Both the position numbers and the translations under genes were made by a program. From Candidatus Heimdallarchaeota archaeon (GTDB lineage Archaea > Asgardarchaeota > Heimdallarchaeia > Heimdallarchaeales > Heimdallarchaeaceae), in assembly GCA_019057815.1 (NCBI GenBank), contig JAHLWR010000002.1, forward strand, positions 64,001 through 128,000: DNA of 64,000 bases, written 5' to 3'. Within the stretch, counting starts at the first letter, position 1. Each line of letters opens with the position of its first letter. Under the pieces are notes generated by a model. It was given only the letters and a program-made list of their open reading frames with translations, was not told where the DNA came from and ran no database searches. Below, piece by piece: positions 1 to 10,260 of this stretch.

Positions 1-226
1 GATGGAAACCGAGGAATCTCAACGAATTTTGAAATTTCAAAGATATACATTTGAGGATTTCCTCAACAAATTTAAAAAACGTAAATGGTTTATGCGTTTT
101 ATCGCTTCAATGTTTAAACCAATAGTAAGAGCCGTGTTACTTAAGAAATCTCCTTACTACAAGAAACTAAAAGAGAAACACCATACACCACGAAAAAGAA
201 GAAAAACCAAACCATCATTTTCATAA
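1..226 (+). CDS. C-terminal fragment of a probable NAD-dependent epimerase/dehydratase (extended SDR); truncated by the window edge
   Basis: Open frame from the window edge; METEESQRILKFQRYTF resembles the C-terminus of atypical SDRs; followed by a T-rich tract. Confidence 0.4.
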   Translation, partial: METEESQRILKFQRYTFEDFLNKFKKRKWFMRFIASMFKPIVRAVLLKKSPYYKKLKEKHHTPRKRRKTKPSFS

Positions 227-302
227 TTTTTTTTCCTTTTATTCTGCACAACTCTTATAAGATTCGAATTCTAGAAAAGGTCAATTAAATGGAGTCATTT
301 AT

Positions 303-1586
303 ATGAGTGATTTAAGAGAAAAATTAAAAATTCCCCAAGCAAATCTTGACGCAGTTCAAAAATTCCTTTTAGATGAAAACAATCCTTTGATCAATGATTT
401 ATTAAGTTTAATTGATAAATACGGTGGAGTCGATGAAATTAATCGTAAAGCCAAGGAAGCAACACAACTGGATAATCTATTAAGACGATTAGAAACAAAG
501 AAACCTGAATATGTAAAGGATTTGAATTGGTTAATTAACCAGAGAGATAATGATGCCTTCATCAGTTATGAAGATTATAAGCGCAAAGTCTTAGGTAACA
601 ACTATAACACAATGACTTTTGATGAATCATTTGCAGTAACAATAGAGTTGTCAGCTTGTCAGTACTTCCCCTTCTTGATAAAAGGTGCAAAGGAGATGAT
701 TGAAAAACAGGAGTTAATGCCTGGAAGAATCATTAGGGTGCGCATGATGAAAGAACAAGAAGAGGATGGAGATCTTTTAGCAATGACAGCTGCTGTAGGA
801 ATTATAGGAGCATCAATTGTTGAAACACTTGACACAAAAGGAACATCACCAGGTCCAGATGGACTGCCTGTCAATGTTCATCTTGGAGGACCACCGACAA
901 TAACAGGATATTTCGGTGGAGTAGGACAACCAAATGATTTTGCCATAAAATGGATAGATGAATTTCTGTACTATTATACAAATTACGGGACTAAACAGGT
1001 ACTCAATATCAACCCAGGTACAGTAATATTGGGTTATTTCCTTCATAAACTAGGAATCGATAATGAATTTAAAATCTCTGTATACATGGGTAATGACAAT
1101 CCATATTCAGTATTGTGGACTTTAATGACTGCTAAATTATTCGCACGCGAAGATGGTACCACACCCTTAATTGGCTTTAATTTAGCAAATTCTGTTAACA
1201 ATGAAACACTTGAGATGAGTGGATATATCAGAGATAATTTCGGTTTTGAAGATGTAGTTAGGCTTGAACACCACATAATTGAAACACAAAAGAGTATTGT
1301 CCGTCAACCTTATGATCGTACTGACGAACTTCTCGAAGTTGCTAAGAAAGTAAGGAATATCAGTGCAAAGCATGAAGGAGGTCCAGTTGATATTGATCAG
1401 GCCAGAGACCATCCATCAGATATTCTTGACTACTTCAAATCAAAAGACCAAATAACAGAAGAAGGAATATGGGAAGGATTAGAAATCAACTACATGGATA
1501 GATTGACAGCCATAAATAATACCGCAAAAGCGCTTATTAAAAGCGGAACAGATGCCATTGCTGCACGTAACCTTCACTATAAATAA
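303..1586 (+). CDS. Conserved hypothetical protein (427 aa, enzyme-like)
   Basis: Long ORF with TATA-like CTTATAA and GGAG SD upstream; enzyme-like Gly/His/Asp motifs (ETLDTKGT, NVHLGGP, GYFGGVG, EHH, KHEGG). Confidence 0.75.
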   Translation: MSDLREKLKIPQANLDAVQKFLLDENNPLINDLLSLIDKYGGVDEINRKAKEATQLDNLLRRLETKKPEYVKDLNWLINQRDNDAFISYEDYKRKVLGNNYNTMTFDESFAVTIELSACQYFPFLIKGAKEMIEKQELMPGRIIRVRMMKEQEEDGDLLAMTAAVGIIGASIVETLDTKGTSPGPDGLPVNVHLGGPPTITGYFGGVGQPNDFAIKWIDEFLYYYTNYGTKQVLNINPGTVILGYFLHKLGIDNEFKISVYMGNDNPYSVLWTLMTAKLFAREDGTTPLIGFNLANSVNNETLEMSGYIRDNFGFEDVVRLEHHIIETQKSIVRQPYDRTDELLEVAKKVRNISAKHEGGPVDIDQARDHPSDILDYFKSKDQITEEGIWEGLEINYMDRLTAINNTAKALIKSGTDAIAARNLHYK

Positions 1587-1605
1587 AAAATAACGGTGGA
1601 TTATT

Positions 1606-2766
1606 ATGAGAAAAATGGCTGATGGGATGTACAGAATCCTTGGAGAAGGTGCATTTGAATACCTCGCTAAAGCTCAAGCATTAGAGCGTGAGGGGAAAAA
1701 AGTTCTCCATTTTGAGATTGGACAACCAGACTTCCCTACACCACAACACATCAAGGAAACAGCATATCAAGCTATAAAAGACAATTTTACCGGATATGTA
1801 TCTGCAACGGGGATTCTAGATCTTAAAGAAGTAATCCAAGATGAGGTTGAGAACACTAGAGGATTTCGTCCAGATATAGATCAAATCTTAATACTTCCTG
1901 GAGCAAAGCCAGGCATATTCTTCCCAATGATGAGTTTAGTTAATCCAGGAGAAGACATCATCTATCCAGATCCTGGTTTTCCTACTTATGGAAGTGTGGT
2001 AAAATATCTTAATGCTGGTGATGTTCCTGTTGCTCTTAAGGAAGAAAATGAGTTCAGATTAGATCCTGCAGATATTGCTGAAAAAATCACTGATAAAACG
2101 AAATTAATCATTCTGAATAGCCCACAAAACCCTACGGGTTCAGTGATGGCTAAAAGTGAAATTGATCAAATTGCTGAACTTGCAGAAGAAAAGGATATTT
2201 TCGTTCTATCAGATGAAATATACTCAAAGATGCTTTACGACGCGAAATTTCATTCTGTAACTGTACGTGACGAGACAAAAGAAAGAACCATCATACTTGA
2301 TGGATTTTCTAAATCGTATGCTATGACTGGATGGCGTTTGGGTTACGTTATCGGACCTAAACCAATCATAGAAAAGATGGGATTATTAATGATTAATGCT
2401 TTATCATGTACAACATCTTTTGTGCAAAAAGCGGGAATAACAGCCTTACGAGGTACTCAAGAACCACTAAAAGAGATGATGAAAGCTTTCAGAGAGAGAA
2501 GAGATACGATAGTCAAAGGTTTGAATGAAATCCCAGGTTTCTCATGTTTAACACCACAAGGAGCGTTCTATACGTTTCCAAGCATTAAAGGGACAGGGAT
2601 GAATTCAAGAGAAATGGCAGACCATATCCTAAATCAAGCTGGAGTCTGCTGCTTACCTGGTTCAGCTTTTGGTCCTTATGGTGAAGGATACTTAAGATTC
2701 AGTTATGCAACATCCGTGGAAAACATCAAACAAGCGATGGAGCAAATCAAGGAAAGTTTTGAATAA
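1606..2766 (+). CDS. PLP-dependent aminotransferase class I/II (aspartate aminotransferase family)
   Basis: GQPDF, NSPQNPTG, SDEIY and FSKSYAMTGWRLG (PLP lysine) motifs. Confidence 0.95.
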   Translation: MRKMADGMYRILGEGAFEYLAKAQALEREGKKVLHFEIGQPDFPTPQHIKETAYQAIKDNFTGYVSATGILDLKEVIQDEVENTRGFRPDIDQILILPGAKPGIFFPMMSLVNPGEDIIYPDPGFPTYGSVVKYLNAGDVPVALKEENEFRLDPADIAEKITDKTKLIILNSPQNPTGSVMAKSEIDQIAELAEEKDIFVLSDEIYSKMLYDAKFHSVTVRDETKERTIILDGFSKSYAMTGWRLGYVIGPKPIIEKMGLLMINALSCTTSFVQKAGITALRGTQEPLKEMMKAFRERRDTIVKGLNEIPGFSCLTPQGAFYTFPSIKGTGMNSREMADHILNQAGVCCLPGSAFGPYGEGYLRFSYATSVENIKQAMEQIKESFE

Positions 2767-2910
2767 TTTTCTTTTTTTACTCCAAAGATTTGGCTTTCTA
2801 CTTATACAATAAACGTAGATGATTTTTCCTTTTATCTATAATTCACCAAGTTTATAAGTTTAATTTCTAAAATATTAGTAATTATTAAAAGAAGTTAACA
2901 GGCGAAAATA

Positions 2911-3945
2911 ATGGAATTTAATATTGCATTTATTGGTTTTGGTGTTGTAGGTCAGGGCTTTGCAGAAATACTCTTAGAGCAAGAGAATGAACTTAAAAAA
3001 AATCATAATTTTGAATACAAAGTTGTAGCAATTTCTGACACGATGAAAGGTTCTGTCTACGATGAAAATGGATTAGATATCAAAAAACTCCTTGATTTGG
3101 TAAATAGTACTGGTAAAATAGAAGAATATCCTGGTGGAATAAAAGGCTGGGATAGTTTGAAAACTATTACCGATACTAATTCAAACATAATTCTTGAATT
3201 AGCTTGGACAGATCTTAAAACAGGAGAACCTGCAATAACACATGTTACAACAGCATTAAAAAACAGAAAGCATGTTATTATGACAAATAAAGGTCCCATT
3301 GCATTAATGGTTAGAAAACTCCTTGATATAGCTAAAGAGAATGGTGTAGAAATGCGTTATGAAGGTACAGTTCTAAGTGGAACACCAGCATTGAATTTGG
3401 GTTTATACAATTTAGCTGGAGCTGGAATTACAAAAGCTAAAGGAATTGTAAACGGTACAACTAATTATATCCTTACAGAAATGGAAAAAGGTTTAGGGTA
3501 TGACGAAGCACTAGAACAAGCTAAAGAATTAGGTTATGCAGAACAGGATCCAACAGCTGATGTGGAAGGGTATGATGCACTTGGAAAAATAGTCATTTTA
3601 GCAAACACAGTCATGGGAGCAAATTTAAGCAAAGATGAACCACCGTGCGAAGGAATTACAAAAATCACATCTGAAGATATCAAAAAAGCTAAAGAAGAAG
3701 GATATAGGTGGAAATTAATAGCTGGAGCAGAAATAAAGGAAGATGGTTCTGTAGAAGCATATGTTAAACCAGAAAAAATACCCTTAGATCACCCTTTGGC
3801 TAGCATTATGGGGCCAATTAATGCTTTAACTTACACTACAAAATATCTAGGGGATGTTACAATTGTTGGACCCGGTGCAGGAAAATTGCCAACCGGTTAC
3901 TCTGTCTTAACAGACATTTTAGATATTAATCGAGTAGCTAAGTAG
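2911..3945 (+). CDS. hom: Homoserine dehydrogenase
   Basis: GFGVVG Rossmann motif, TNKGP, GIVNGTTNYIL, GYAEQDPTADVEGYD, GPGAG. Confidence 0.95.
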   Translation: MEFNIAFIGFGVVGQGFAEILLEQENELKKNHNFEYKVVAISDTMKGSVYDENGLDIKKLLDLVNSTGKIEEYPGGIKGWDSLKTITDTNSNIILELAWTDLKTGEPAITHVTTALKNRKHVIMTNKGPIALMVRKLLDIAKENGVEMRYEGTVLSGTPALNLGLYNLAGAGITKAKGIVNGTTNYILTEMEKGLGYDEALEQAKELGYAEQDPTADVEGYDALGKIVILANTVMGANLSKDEPPCEGITKITSEDIKKAKEEGYRWKLIAGAEIKEDGSVEAYVKPEKIPLDHPLASIMGPINALTYTTKYLGDVTIVGPGAGKLPTGYSVLTDILDINRVAK

Positions 3946-3958
3946 AATATCAAAAAAC

Positions 3959-5758
3959 GTGACAATTATGGGATACATGGGCAAATATTTGGATATAAAT
4001 TTAACAACAGAGCATATTCTTGAAAAGAAATTAGAATTAGAATTAGCTGAAAAATATGTCGGTGGTAAAGGTCTAGGTGCAAAAATACTCTACGATCAAC
4101 TAGCACCTAAGGTTGACCCACTTAGCCCAGAAAACATAATTCTTTTTATGACGGGTCCTCTTTCAGGAACGTCAGTACAAACTTCAGGTCGATGGGCTAT
4201 AATTACTAAGTCACCTCATACAGGTATTTTCCTTGATAGCCAAATTGGGGGTAAATTTGGTCATAGATTAAAAAGAGCAGGATTTGATTACATACTATTT
4301 AGAGGTAGAGCTGAATCGCCAAAGTATCTTAATGTAACTTCAGATGGAGTGGAAATACTTTCAGCTGATGATCTTTGGGGTAAGGGGACTTTTGAAACTG
4401 AGAAGATTTTGTCAGAAAGACATGATGGAGCTGAAGTAGCTTCTATTGGTCCAGCAGGAGAAAATCAAGTCACATATGCAAATATAATGACAAATAACTC
4501 TCACATGGCAGGAAGGGGAGGATCTGGAGCTGTTATGGGTTCAAAGAATCTCAAAGCTGTTGTTGCAAAAGGGAAAATTAAGATTAAGGAACGCGAAGAA
4601 GGAAAATTCAAAGATTTAACACGTATTTTAAGAGAGAAAGTGCTTGCTAATCCAGGCGTTCAACAGAGAAAAGAAATTGGAACAATGATGTGGGTTAACA
4701 TGTCCAATGAAGCTGGATTCCTTCCAACAAGAAACTATCAATCTGGCGTTTTTGAGGATGCAGAAGCGATTTCTGGGGAAATAATGAAAGAAAAATATGT
4801 TACTGCAAACAAAGCTTGTTATGGTTGCTCTATTGCTTGTGGAAAAATGACTAAATTCAAAGAAGGAAAATTTGCGGGACTAGAAGTAGAAGGTCCTGAA
4901 TATGAAACTACTGCACTATTAGGGTCTAATTGTGGAATAAAAGATTTAGCTGCTATCGCAAAAGCAAGTCAAATGTGTGATGATTTAGGTTTGGATACTA
5001 TAACCTCTGGTGCAACTATAAGCTTTGCAATGGAATGTAGTGAAAAAAACATATTAGAACAGAATGATATTGATGATCTTAAATTTGGTAATGATGATGC
5101 TGTTCACAAAATGCTTCAACTTATAGCCAAAAAAGAAAGAATTGGAGAGTTATTCTCAAAGGGTTCTTTAGCTGCAGCTAAAATACTAGGACACAATACT
5201 AGCGATTTTGCTATTCAAGTAAAAGGATTAGAATTGGCAGGTATTGAACCACGTGGCTCATTTGGAATGGCTTTAGCTTACTCGACTTCAGATCGTGGAG
5301 CATGTCATCAACGTTGTTGGACACCTTCAGCTGAACTAAGAGGTGATCTTAAACGATTTTCTTTTGCAGGAGTGCCAAAATTTGTTAAAGAAAATCAAGA
5401 TGAGAGAGCTATGTGTTTTTCATTAGTATTATGCGATTTTCTACCCTTTGAAGTCCCCGAAATGGTTGAAATGTTAAATACTGCTACAGGGTTCTCTTAC
5501 ACACAAGAGAGCTATCTTCTAACTGGTGAAAGAATATGGAATCTCACAAGAATGTTTAACGTTCGTGAAGGTATAACAGCTGCAAATGATGTACTACCAA
5601 AGAGATTTTACGAAGAAGAAATGCCTGAAGGACCTGCTAAAGGACAAAAAATAAAGGAAGAAGAACTTGAAAATGCAAAATCAGAATATTATAAGTTAAG
5701 AGGTTGGGACCAAAATGGTATCCCTACAAATGAAAAGTTAAGTCAACTAGAGATTTAA
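3959..5758 (+). CDS. aor: Tungsten-dependent aldehyde:ferredoxin oxidoreductase (start may be ATG at 3968)
   Basis: IGPAGEN, AGRGGSGAVMGSKNLKA, CxxCxxxC, GPEYET, GLDTI, DRGACH, YYxLRGWD motifs. Confidence 0.93.
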   Translation: MTIMGYMGKYLDINLTTEHILEKKLELELAEKYVGGKGLGAKILYDQLAPKVDPLSPENIILFMTGPLSGTSVQTSGRWAIITKSPHTGIFLDSQIGGKFGHRLKRAGFDYILFRGRAESPKYLNVTSDGVEILSADDLWGKGTFETEKILSERHDGAEVASIGPAGENQVTYANIMTNNSHMAGRGGSGAVMGSKNLKAVVAKGKIKIKEREEGKFKDLTRILREKVLANPGVQQRKEIGTMMWVNMSNEAGFLPTRNYQSGVFEDAEAISGEIMKEKYVTANKACYGCSIACGKMTKFKEGKFAGLEVEGPEYETTALLGSNCGIKDLAAIAKASQMCDDLGLDTITSGATISFAMECSEKNILEQNDIDDLKFGNDDAVHKMLQLIAKKERIGELFSKGSLAAAKILGHNTSDFAIQVKGLELAGIEPRGSFGMALAYSTSDRGACHQRCWTPSAELRGDLKRFSFAGVPKFVKENQDERAMCFSLVLCDFLPFEVPEMVEMLNTATGFSYTQESYLLTGERIWNLTRMFNVREGITAANDVLPKRFYEEEMPEGPAKGQKIKEEELENAKSEYYKLRGWDQNGIPTNEKLSQLEI

Positions 5759-5884
5759 TATTGCAACAAGTTTTTCATTCTCTTTTATATTTTAGCAGAG
5801 TTTTATTTGTAATTTCCTTGAATTTCAAATTACAGAAAGTATTAATAACAACTGTTTTGCTTCCCCTATGTAAATAGATTTTAG

Positions 5885-7324
5885 TTGTTCCCTATGAATC
5901 AAGCTTCTTCCATACGAAAACCGATTAACCAAAGGAATATAGTATTAATTATTATCTCTCTATCTTCATTTATTTCGGCTTTCAGTGGGTCATCTATAAT
6001 AGTTGCAGCTCCTATAATGGGAACAGAGTTGCAAATGGATGCAGCAACACTTAGTTGGTTTGTTACCATCTTTATCTTAGCTACAGCATTATTACAGATA
6101 CCTTTTGGTAAAATAGCTGACCTTTATGGGAGAAAAAAAATCTATTTTATAGGGATGTTAATATTCACCAGTGCTACACTTGCACTAGGTTTTGCTAATT
6201 CAGCAAATTTACTGCTAGCATTCAGATTCGTACAAGGAATTGGTGCAGCACTAGTTTTTGCTACAGGTACAGCTATTCTTACATCTGTTTTTCCTGCAAA
6301 TGAAAAAGGGAAGGCATTTGGTTATAATATAGGAGCTGTTTATTTTGGTTTAACCATAGGTCCTTCTTTAGGCGGAGTCTTAACTCAACATCTTGGATGG
6401 AGAAGTATATTCTATGTTACTGCTTCCTTAGCATTAATAGTTGCTCTTCTGATTGTATGGAAGTTGAAAGGTGAATGGACTAGTGAAATAAAAGAACCAT
6501 TTGATTACATTGGATCTTTAATCTACGTTTCTACTCTCTTTCTTCTTCTTTACGGGTTTAAAGTTCTCCCAGAATATCCAGGATATATAATGATTGGTGG
6601 TTCTATCATATGCGCTGGTACTTTTGTTTGGTGGGAAAGGAGAATAGATAACCCTATCTTAGAACTTAGACTGTTTAAGAAGAACAAATTTTTCACGTTT
6701 GCTAATCTTTCAGCTTTTGCTTTTTACACTTCAACTTCAGCTGTTTCTTTTCTGTTGAGTCTATATTTACAATCAGTAAAAGGATTTACTCCCCAACAAA
6801 CTGGGCTGATTCTTCTAGCAAGACCTATTGTTCAAGCTATTCTGTCTCCAATAGGTGGTAGACTTTCAGACTTTATTGAACACAGGACAATCACAACTAT
6901 AGGAGTAGGAATAGGGTTTGTGAGTCTATTGTTACTAACCTTCCTGAATGAAAATTCGCACCTAAGTCTGATTATAATCAGTTTAGCTCTTGGTGGGCTA
7001 GGATTCGGTTTATTTTCCTCTCCTAATGCTAATTCAATTATGAGCTCAGTTTCAAAAAGATTCTTTGGTGTGGCTTCAGCCTTAATAGGTACAATGAGAA
7101 CTATAGGTCAAACACTAAGTTTGGGTATTGTAACTCTAATATTCGCAGTATTAATCGGTGATACTAGCTCTGAATCACCAGAATATGCAACTCAACTATT
7201 AGAGAGTTCAAAAATAGCTTTTATTATATTTACATCGTTGTGTACTATTGCTGTAGTCTTTTCATTCCTTAGGGGAAAGATGGATCAATTAAAAGAACTA
7301 GATAAAAGTGAGGTAAGTCACTAA
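5885..7324 (+). CDS. MFS transporter, DHA2 (14-TM) family
   Basis: Motif A GKIADLYGRKK, RFVQGIG, GPSLGG, WRSIF; about 14 hydrophobic segments. Confidence 0.92.
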   Translation: MFPMNQASSIRKPINQRNIVLIIISLSSFISAFSGSSIIVAAPIMGTELQMDAATLSWFVTIFILATALLQIPFGKIADLYGRKKIYFIGMLIFTSATLALGFANSANLLLAFRFVQGIGAALVFATGTAILTSVFPANEKGKAFGYNIGAVYFGLTIGPSLGGVLTQHLGWRSIFYVTASLALIVALLIVWKLKGEWTSEIKEPFDYIGSLIYVSTLFLLLYGFKVLPEYPGYIMIGGSIICAGTFVWWERRIDNPILELRLFKKNKFFTFANLSAFAFYTSTSAVSFLLSLYLQSVKGFTPQQTGLILLARPIVQAILSPIGGRLSDFIEHRTITTIGVGIGFVSLLLLTFLNENSHLSLIIISLALGGLGFGLFSSPNANSIMSSVSKRFFGVASALIGTMRTIGQTLSLGIVTLIFAVLIGDTSSESPEYATQLLESSKIAFIIFTSLCTIAVVFSFLRGKMDQLKELDKSEVSH

Positions 7325-7382
7325 ATCATTAATAATCAAAACTATTAATACTTAAAAACTGAGTGAAGGACCTAGACAACAA

Positions 7383-7904
7383 TCATCCAAACACTTCATA
7401 CTTCAAAATGTTGAGCTTATTAACAATTTCTTGAATTGGCTGGTATTCGTCTAGATACATACCAACGGTTTTTATCCTTGTTTCTAAGATATATTTTGAA
7501 AGGTTTGATAGATCATAGTTTTTTAATTCATTAATAGATACAAATTTTGCTTCTGAGGTTTCAAAATGATCTGATACCGCGTTTCCTTCAACATAATCTA
7601 GGCTAAAAACTAAATATAAATCAGAAATAGTCCTATTCTCGTCTTTTTTTTGTGTTGAGTGTCTCAACATTACCAATCCTCCAACTCGAGTTTTCACTCC
7701 TGTTTCTTCTAAAACTTCCCTAACTACCGCTTCAGATAAAGTTTCCCCGATTTCTACATATCCACCAGGGATAGACCATTTTCCTATATTAATACCAAAA
7801 GAATGTTGAATTAAGAGAACTTTTTCTTTATGAACACATATTCCACCTACTCCTAAACGATGTTTTTCAAAATTAGTTGAGGAAAGATTTCTCATGTATT
7901 TCAA
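7383..7904 (-). CDS. NUDIX hydrolase (start may be ATG at 7895)
   Basis: Nudix box GGYVEIGETLSEAVVREVLEETGV. Confidence 0.92.
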   Translation of the reverse strand: MKYMRNLSSTNFEKHRLGVGGICVHKEKVLLIQHSFGINIGKWSIPGGYVEIGETLSEAVVREVLEETGVKTRVGGLVMLRHSTQKKDENRTISDLYLVFSLDYVEGNAVSDHFETSEAKFVSINELKNYDLSNLSKYILETRIKTVGMYLDEYQPIQEIVNKLNILKYEVFG

Positions 7905-8032
7905 ATGTTTTAGAAAATTAAAAGCCTTTTGCTAGAAACTTATTATTTGATTTTAAAAAATATTCAGAAATTGATTGCTTTCCGCTGTTAATTTGATATA
8001 AGATTTATATATTACATAGAGTTCTGATTTTT

Positions 8033-9088
8033 ATGGATTCTAATAAGTGGAAATTTATTGTTAACCCTAACGCAGGGACAAAACTGTGTTTAAAGAGGTG
8101 GGAGAAAGCAGAACCAGTTATTAAGGATAGTGGAATTGATTATGATGTTGTTTTAACTACTGGAGTAAGACAAGGACAAGAACTAGTTAAACAAGCTGTA
8201 AATGATGGTTTTGATAGAATTATTATTGTAAGTGGTGATGGAGTTGTTAACGAAGGAATAAACGGGTTGATGGAACTATCTGAGGAAAAACGTAAAAAAG
8301 TAGTATTTGGAGTTTTACCCTTTGGAACAGGAAATGATATGTGTACAAGTTTGGGAATGCCATGGAATCCAGAAAATTCTGCAAAAACACTAATTAATAA
8401 GACAGCAGTTGCCCCAGCTTCAGTAGGCAAAGTTAACTATCCAGATACAAAGTTTGAAGTGTATTTTGCTAATGTGTTTGACTTTGGGATATCTTCACTT
8501 GTAAATCTAGCAAATTATGAGGGAGAAATGAAATGGATAAAAGGCCCAAATAAATATACATTATTAGCGCTAAAAAAATTAATCCAAGTGAAACAGCGAA
8601 AAGGAACAATAAGGCTTGATGATGGAGATCCAATAGATTTCAGGTTAATGTTCGTAACCATAGGCGTAGGAAAAGCTGTAGGTGGTGGTATGTTGTGTTG
8701 TGTTGACGCTCATCCTCAAAATGATTTCTTTGATCTTTTTATTACCCAAAATGTTTCCAAACTCCAAACTCTCAAAGGTATCAAGACAATCCACAAAGGT
8801 GAACATAAGAAGATGAAAAATACCATCTATACAACAGCAAAGAAAGTTGAAGTGGAATTAGAAAGTCCAATAGCTATGGAACATGATGGAGAAATATATA
8901 TCCCTGAAGATGTTAGTGCTCACGTAATCGCAAAACACATTCCTCTAGCTTATAATGCTCTATACAACACTGAACACCCGTCAATGAAATGGCTTACTCC
9001 AGAGGAACTTGAACAAGGTATTAAAGCAGATGGAACAGCAACAGGTATGTCACATCATAAAGGTCGTACGTGGATGGAAAAGAATTAA
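8033..9088 (+). CDS. Diacylglycerol/sphingosine kinase family lipid kinase
   Basis: VNPNAG, SGDGVVNEGING, LPFGTGND, DGE motifs. Confidence 0.9.
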   Translation: MDSNKWKFIVNPNAGTKLCLKRWEKAEPVIKDSGIDYDVVLTTGVRQGQELVKQAVNDGFDRIIIVSGDGVVNEGINGLMELSEEKRKKVVFGVLPFGTGNDMCTSLGMPWNPENSAKTLINKTAVAPASVGKVNYPDTKFEVYFANVFDFGISSLVNLANYEGEMKWIKGPNKYTLLALKKLIQVKQRKGTIRLDDGDPIDFRLMFVTIGVGKAVGGGMLCCVDAHPQNDFFDLFITQNVSKLQTLKGIKTIHKGEHKKMKNTIYTTAKKVEVELESPIAMEHDGEIYIPEDVSAHVIAKHIPLAYNALYNTEHPSMKWLTPEELEQGIKADGTATGMSHHKGRTWMEKN

Positions 9089-9180
9089 CAAGATAAATAA
9101 AATATAGGTTGATTTTTTTACAACGTTTTGGGGTTTTTAATTATTACACTACTAATATACTGAAGGATTTTAGAATTCGC

Positions 9181-9283
9181 AATTTTCTCGGTAATAAAAA
9201 TATTGAAATTACTTCCGCACAATAATAACATTGTTGTCCACTGAAATTTTTCGGAGTAATTTTTAAAGGATTATCCGATTTTT
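9181..9283. promoter_or_regulatory. Repeated TCGG...CCGA inverted boxes upstream of the caspase-like gene (putative operators)
   Basis: AATTTTCTCGGTAAT (9181), AAATTTTTCGGAGTAAT (9244), ATTATCCGA (9270); related boxes recur at 10212-10253. Confidence 0.45.
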
Positions 9284-9345
9284 TGCGATAGATTTATTAA
9301 TAAAATGCGAGAATCATAAGATTAGGGTTATCTTAACCCTACAAA

Positions 9346-10152
9346 GTGATAAAAATGAAGAAAAAAGTTTTGTTAGTTGGAATCCTTTCTTTAGTCATAT
9401 TAGTCACAACAGTTACTTCAATACAGGCTCTTGATCCTGTTGACAAGTATGCTTTGATTATTGGTGTTAGTGATTATAAAGCAATTAGTGACCTCAGTTT
9501 CTGTGACGAAGATGCTACTGATTGGTATAACTATTTAAGCCCTCTGGGCTACCAAATCACCCTCTTAGGTGACTCTCACCCTGAAAATTATCCATCGTAT
9601 GATGGTGTTGCAAGTGAAATTAATGTTAAAAATGCATGGGCAACAATTGTTGCAAATGCAGATGAGAACGATATAGTCGCGTTTATTAGCTCTGGCCATG
9701 GTTCTCAAGTTAACATTGGTGCTCGTCGAAGAAGGGACAGGATTTATGTTCAAGTCTTGTGCATGTGGGATACATCTGCAGGCGAAGATGGAGAAGATGG
9801 ACTAATTTATGATTATGAATTAGAAGCCATGATGGCACCATCAGTTAGCAATACTTTCATCTTTCTAGATCATTGTTATGCCGGTGGAATGAATGAGTTG
9901 ATGCAAAATGCTAATGCTGCTAAAGTCTACCTGACAACTACATGTACTGATGATGGATATGGATGGGATATGACCGCTTATGAAAATGGCGCTTGGACAT
10001 ATTTCTTCCTTGAATATACATTAATTGGACATTTTGGTGGCACCGCTTCAATGGAAGCAACTTTTGACTACGCCTCTTTTGTATATCCCTTTGATGGTGG
10101 CGATACACCTCAAGAATTTGATGGTAATTCAGGGATAGATTTCTACCTATAG
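9346..10152 (+). CDS. Secreted caspase-family (clan CD, C14-like) cysteine peptidase
   Basis: Signal peptide; KYALIIGVSDY; catalytic His in SSGHG; catalytic Cys in FLDHCYAGG; NGAWT and PQ motifs. Confidence 0.85.
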   Translation: MIKMKKKVLLVGILSLVILVTTVTSIQALDPVDKYALIIGVSDYKAISDLSFCDEDATDWYNYLSPLGYQITLLGDSHPENYPSYDGVASEINVKNAWATIVANADENDIVAFISSGHGSQVNIGARRRRDRIYVQVLCMWDTSAGEDGEDGLIYDYELEAMMAPSVSNTFIFLDHCYAGGMNELMQNANAAKVYLTTTCTDDGYGWDMTAYENGAWTYFFLEYTLIGHFGGTASMEATFDYASFVYPFDGGDTPQEFDGNSGIDFYL

Positions 10153-10163
10153 TTCAAGGGCAT

Positions 10164-10192
10164 TGTAGAGTTTAACTCTACATCCTTTTTTT
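10164..10192 (+). terminator. Hairpin + T-run terminator after the caspase-like gene
   Basis: TGTAGAGTT/AACTCTACA inverted repeat followed by TCC and T7. Confidence 0.6.
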
Positions 10193-10260
10193 CATTTTAA
10201 TCGTTCTTCTGAAAATTCTCGGGAGAATATTTAAATATCCCCGAAAGAAAATTTCAATTA

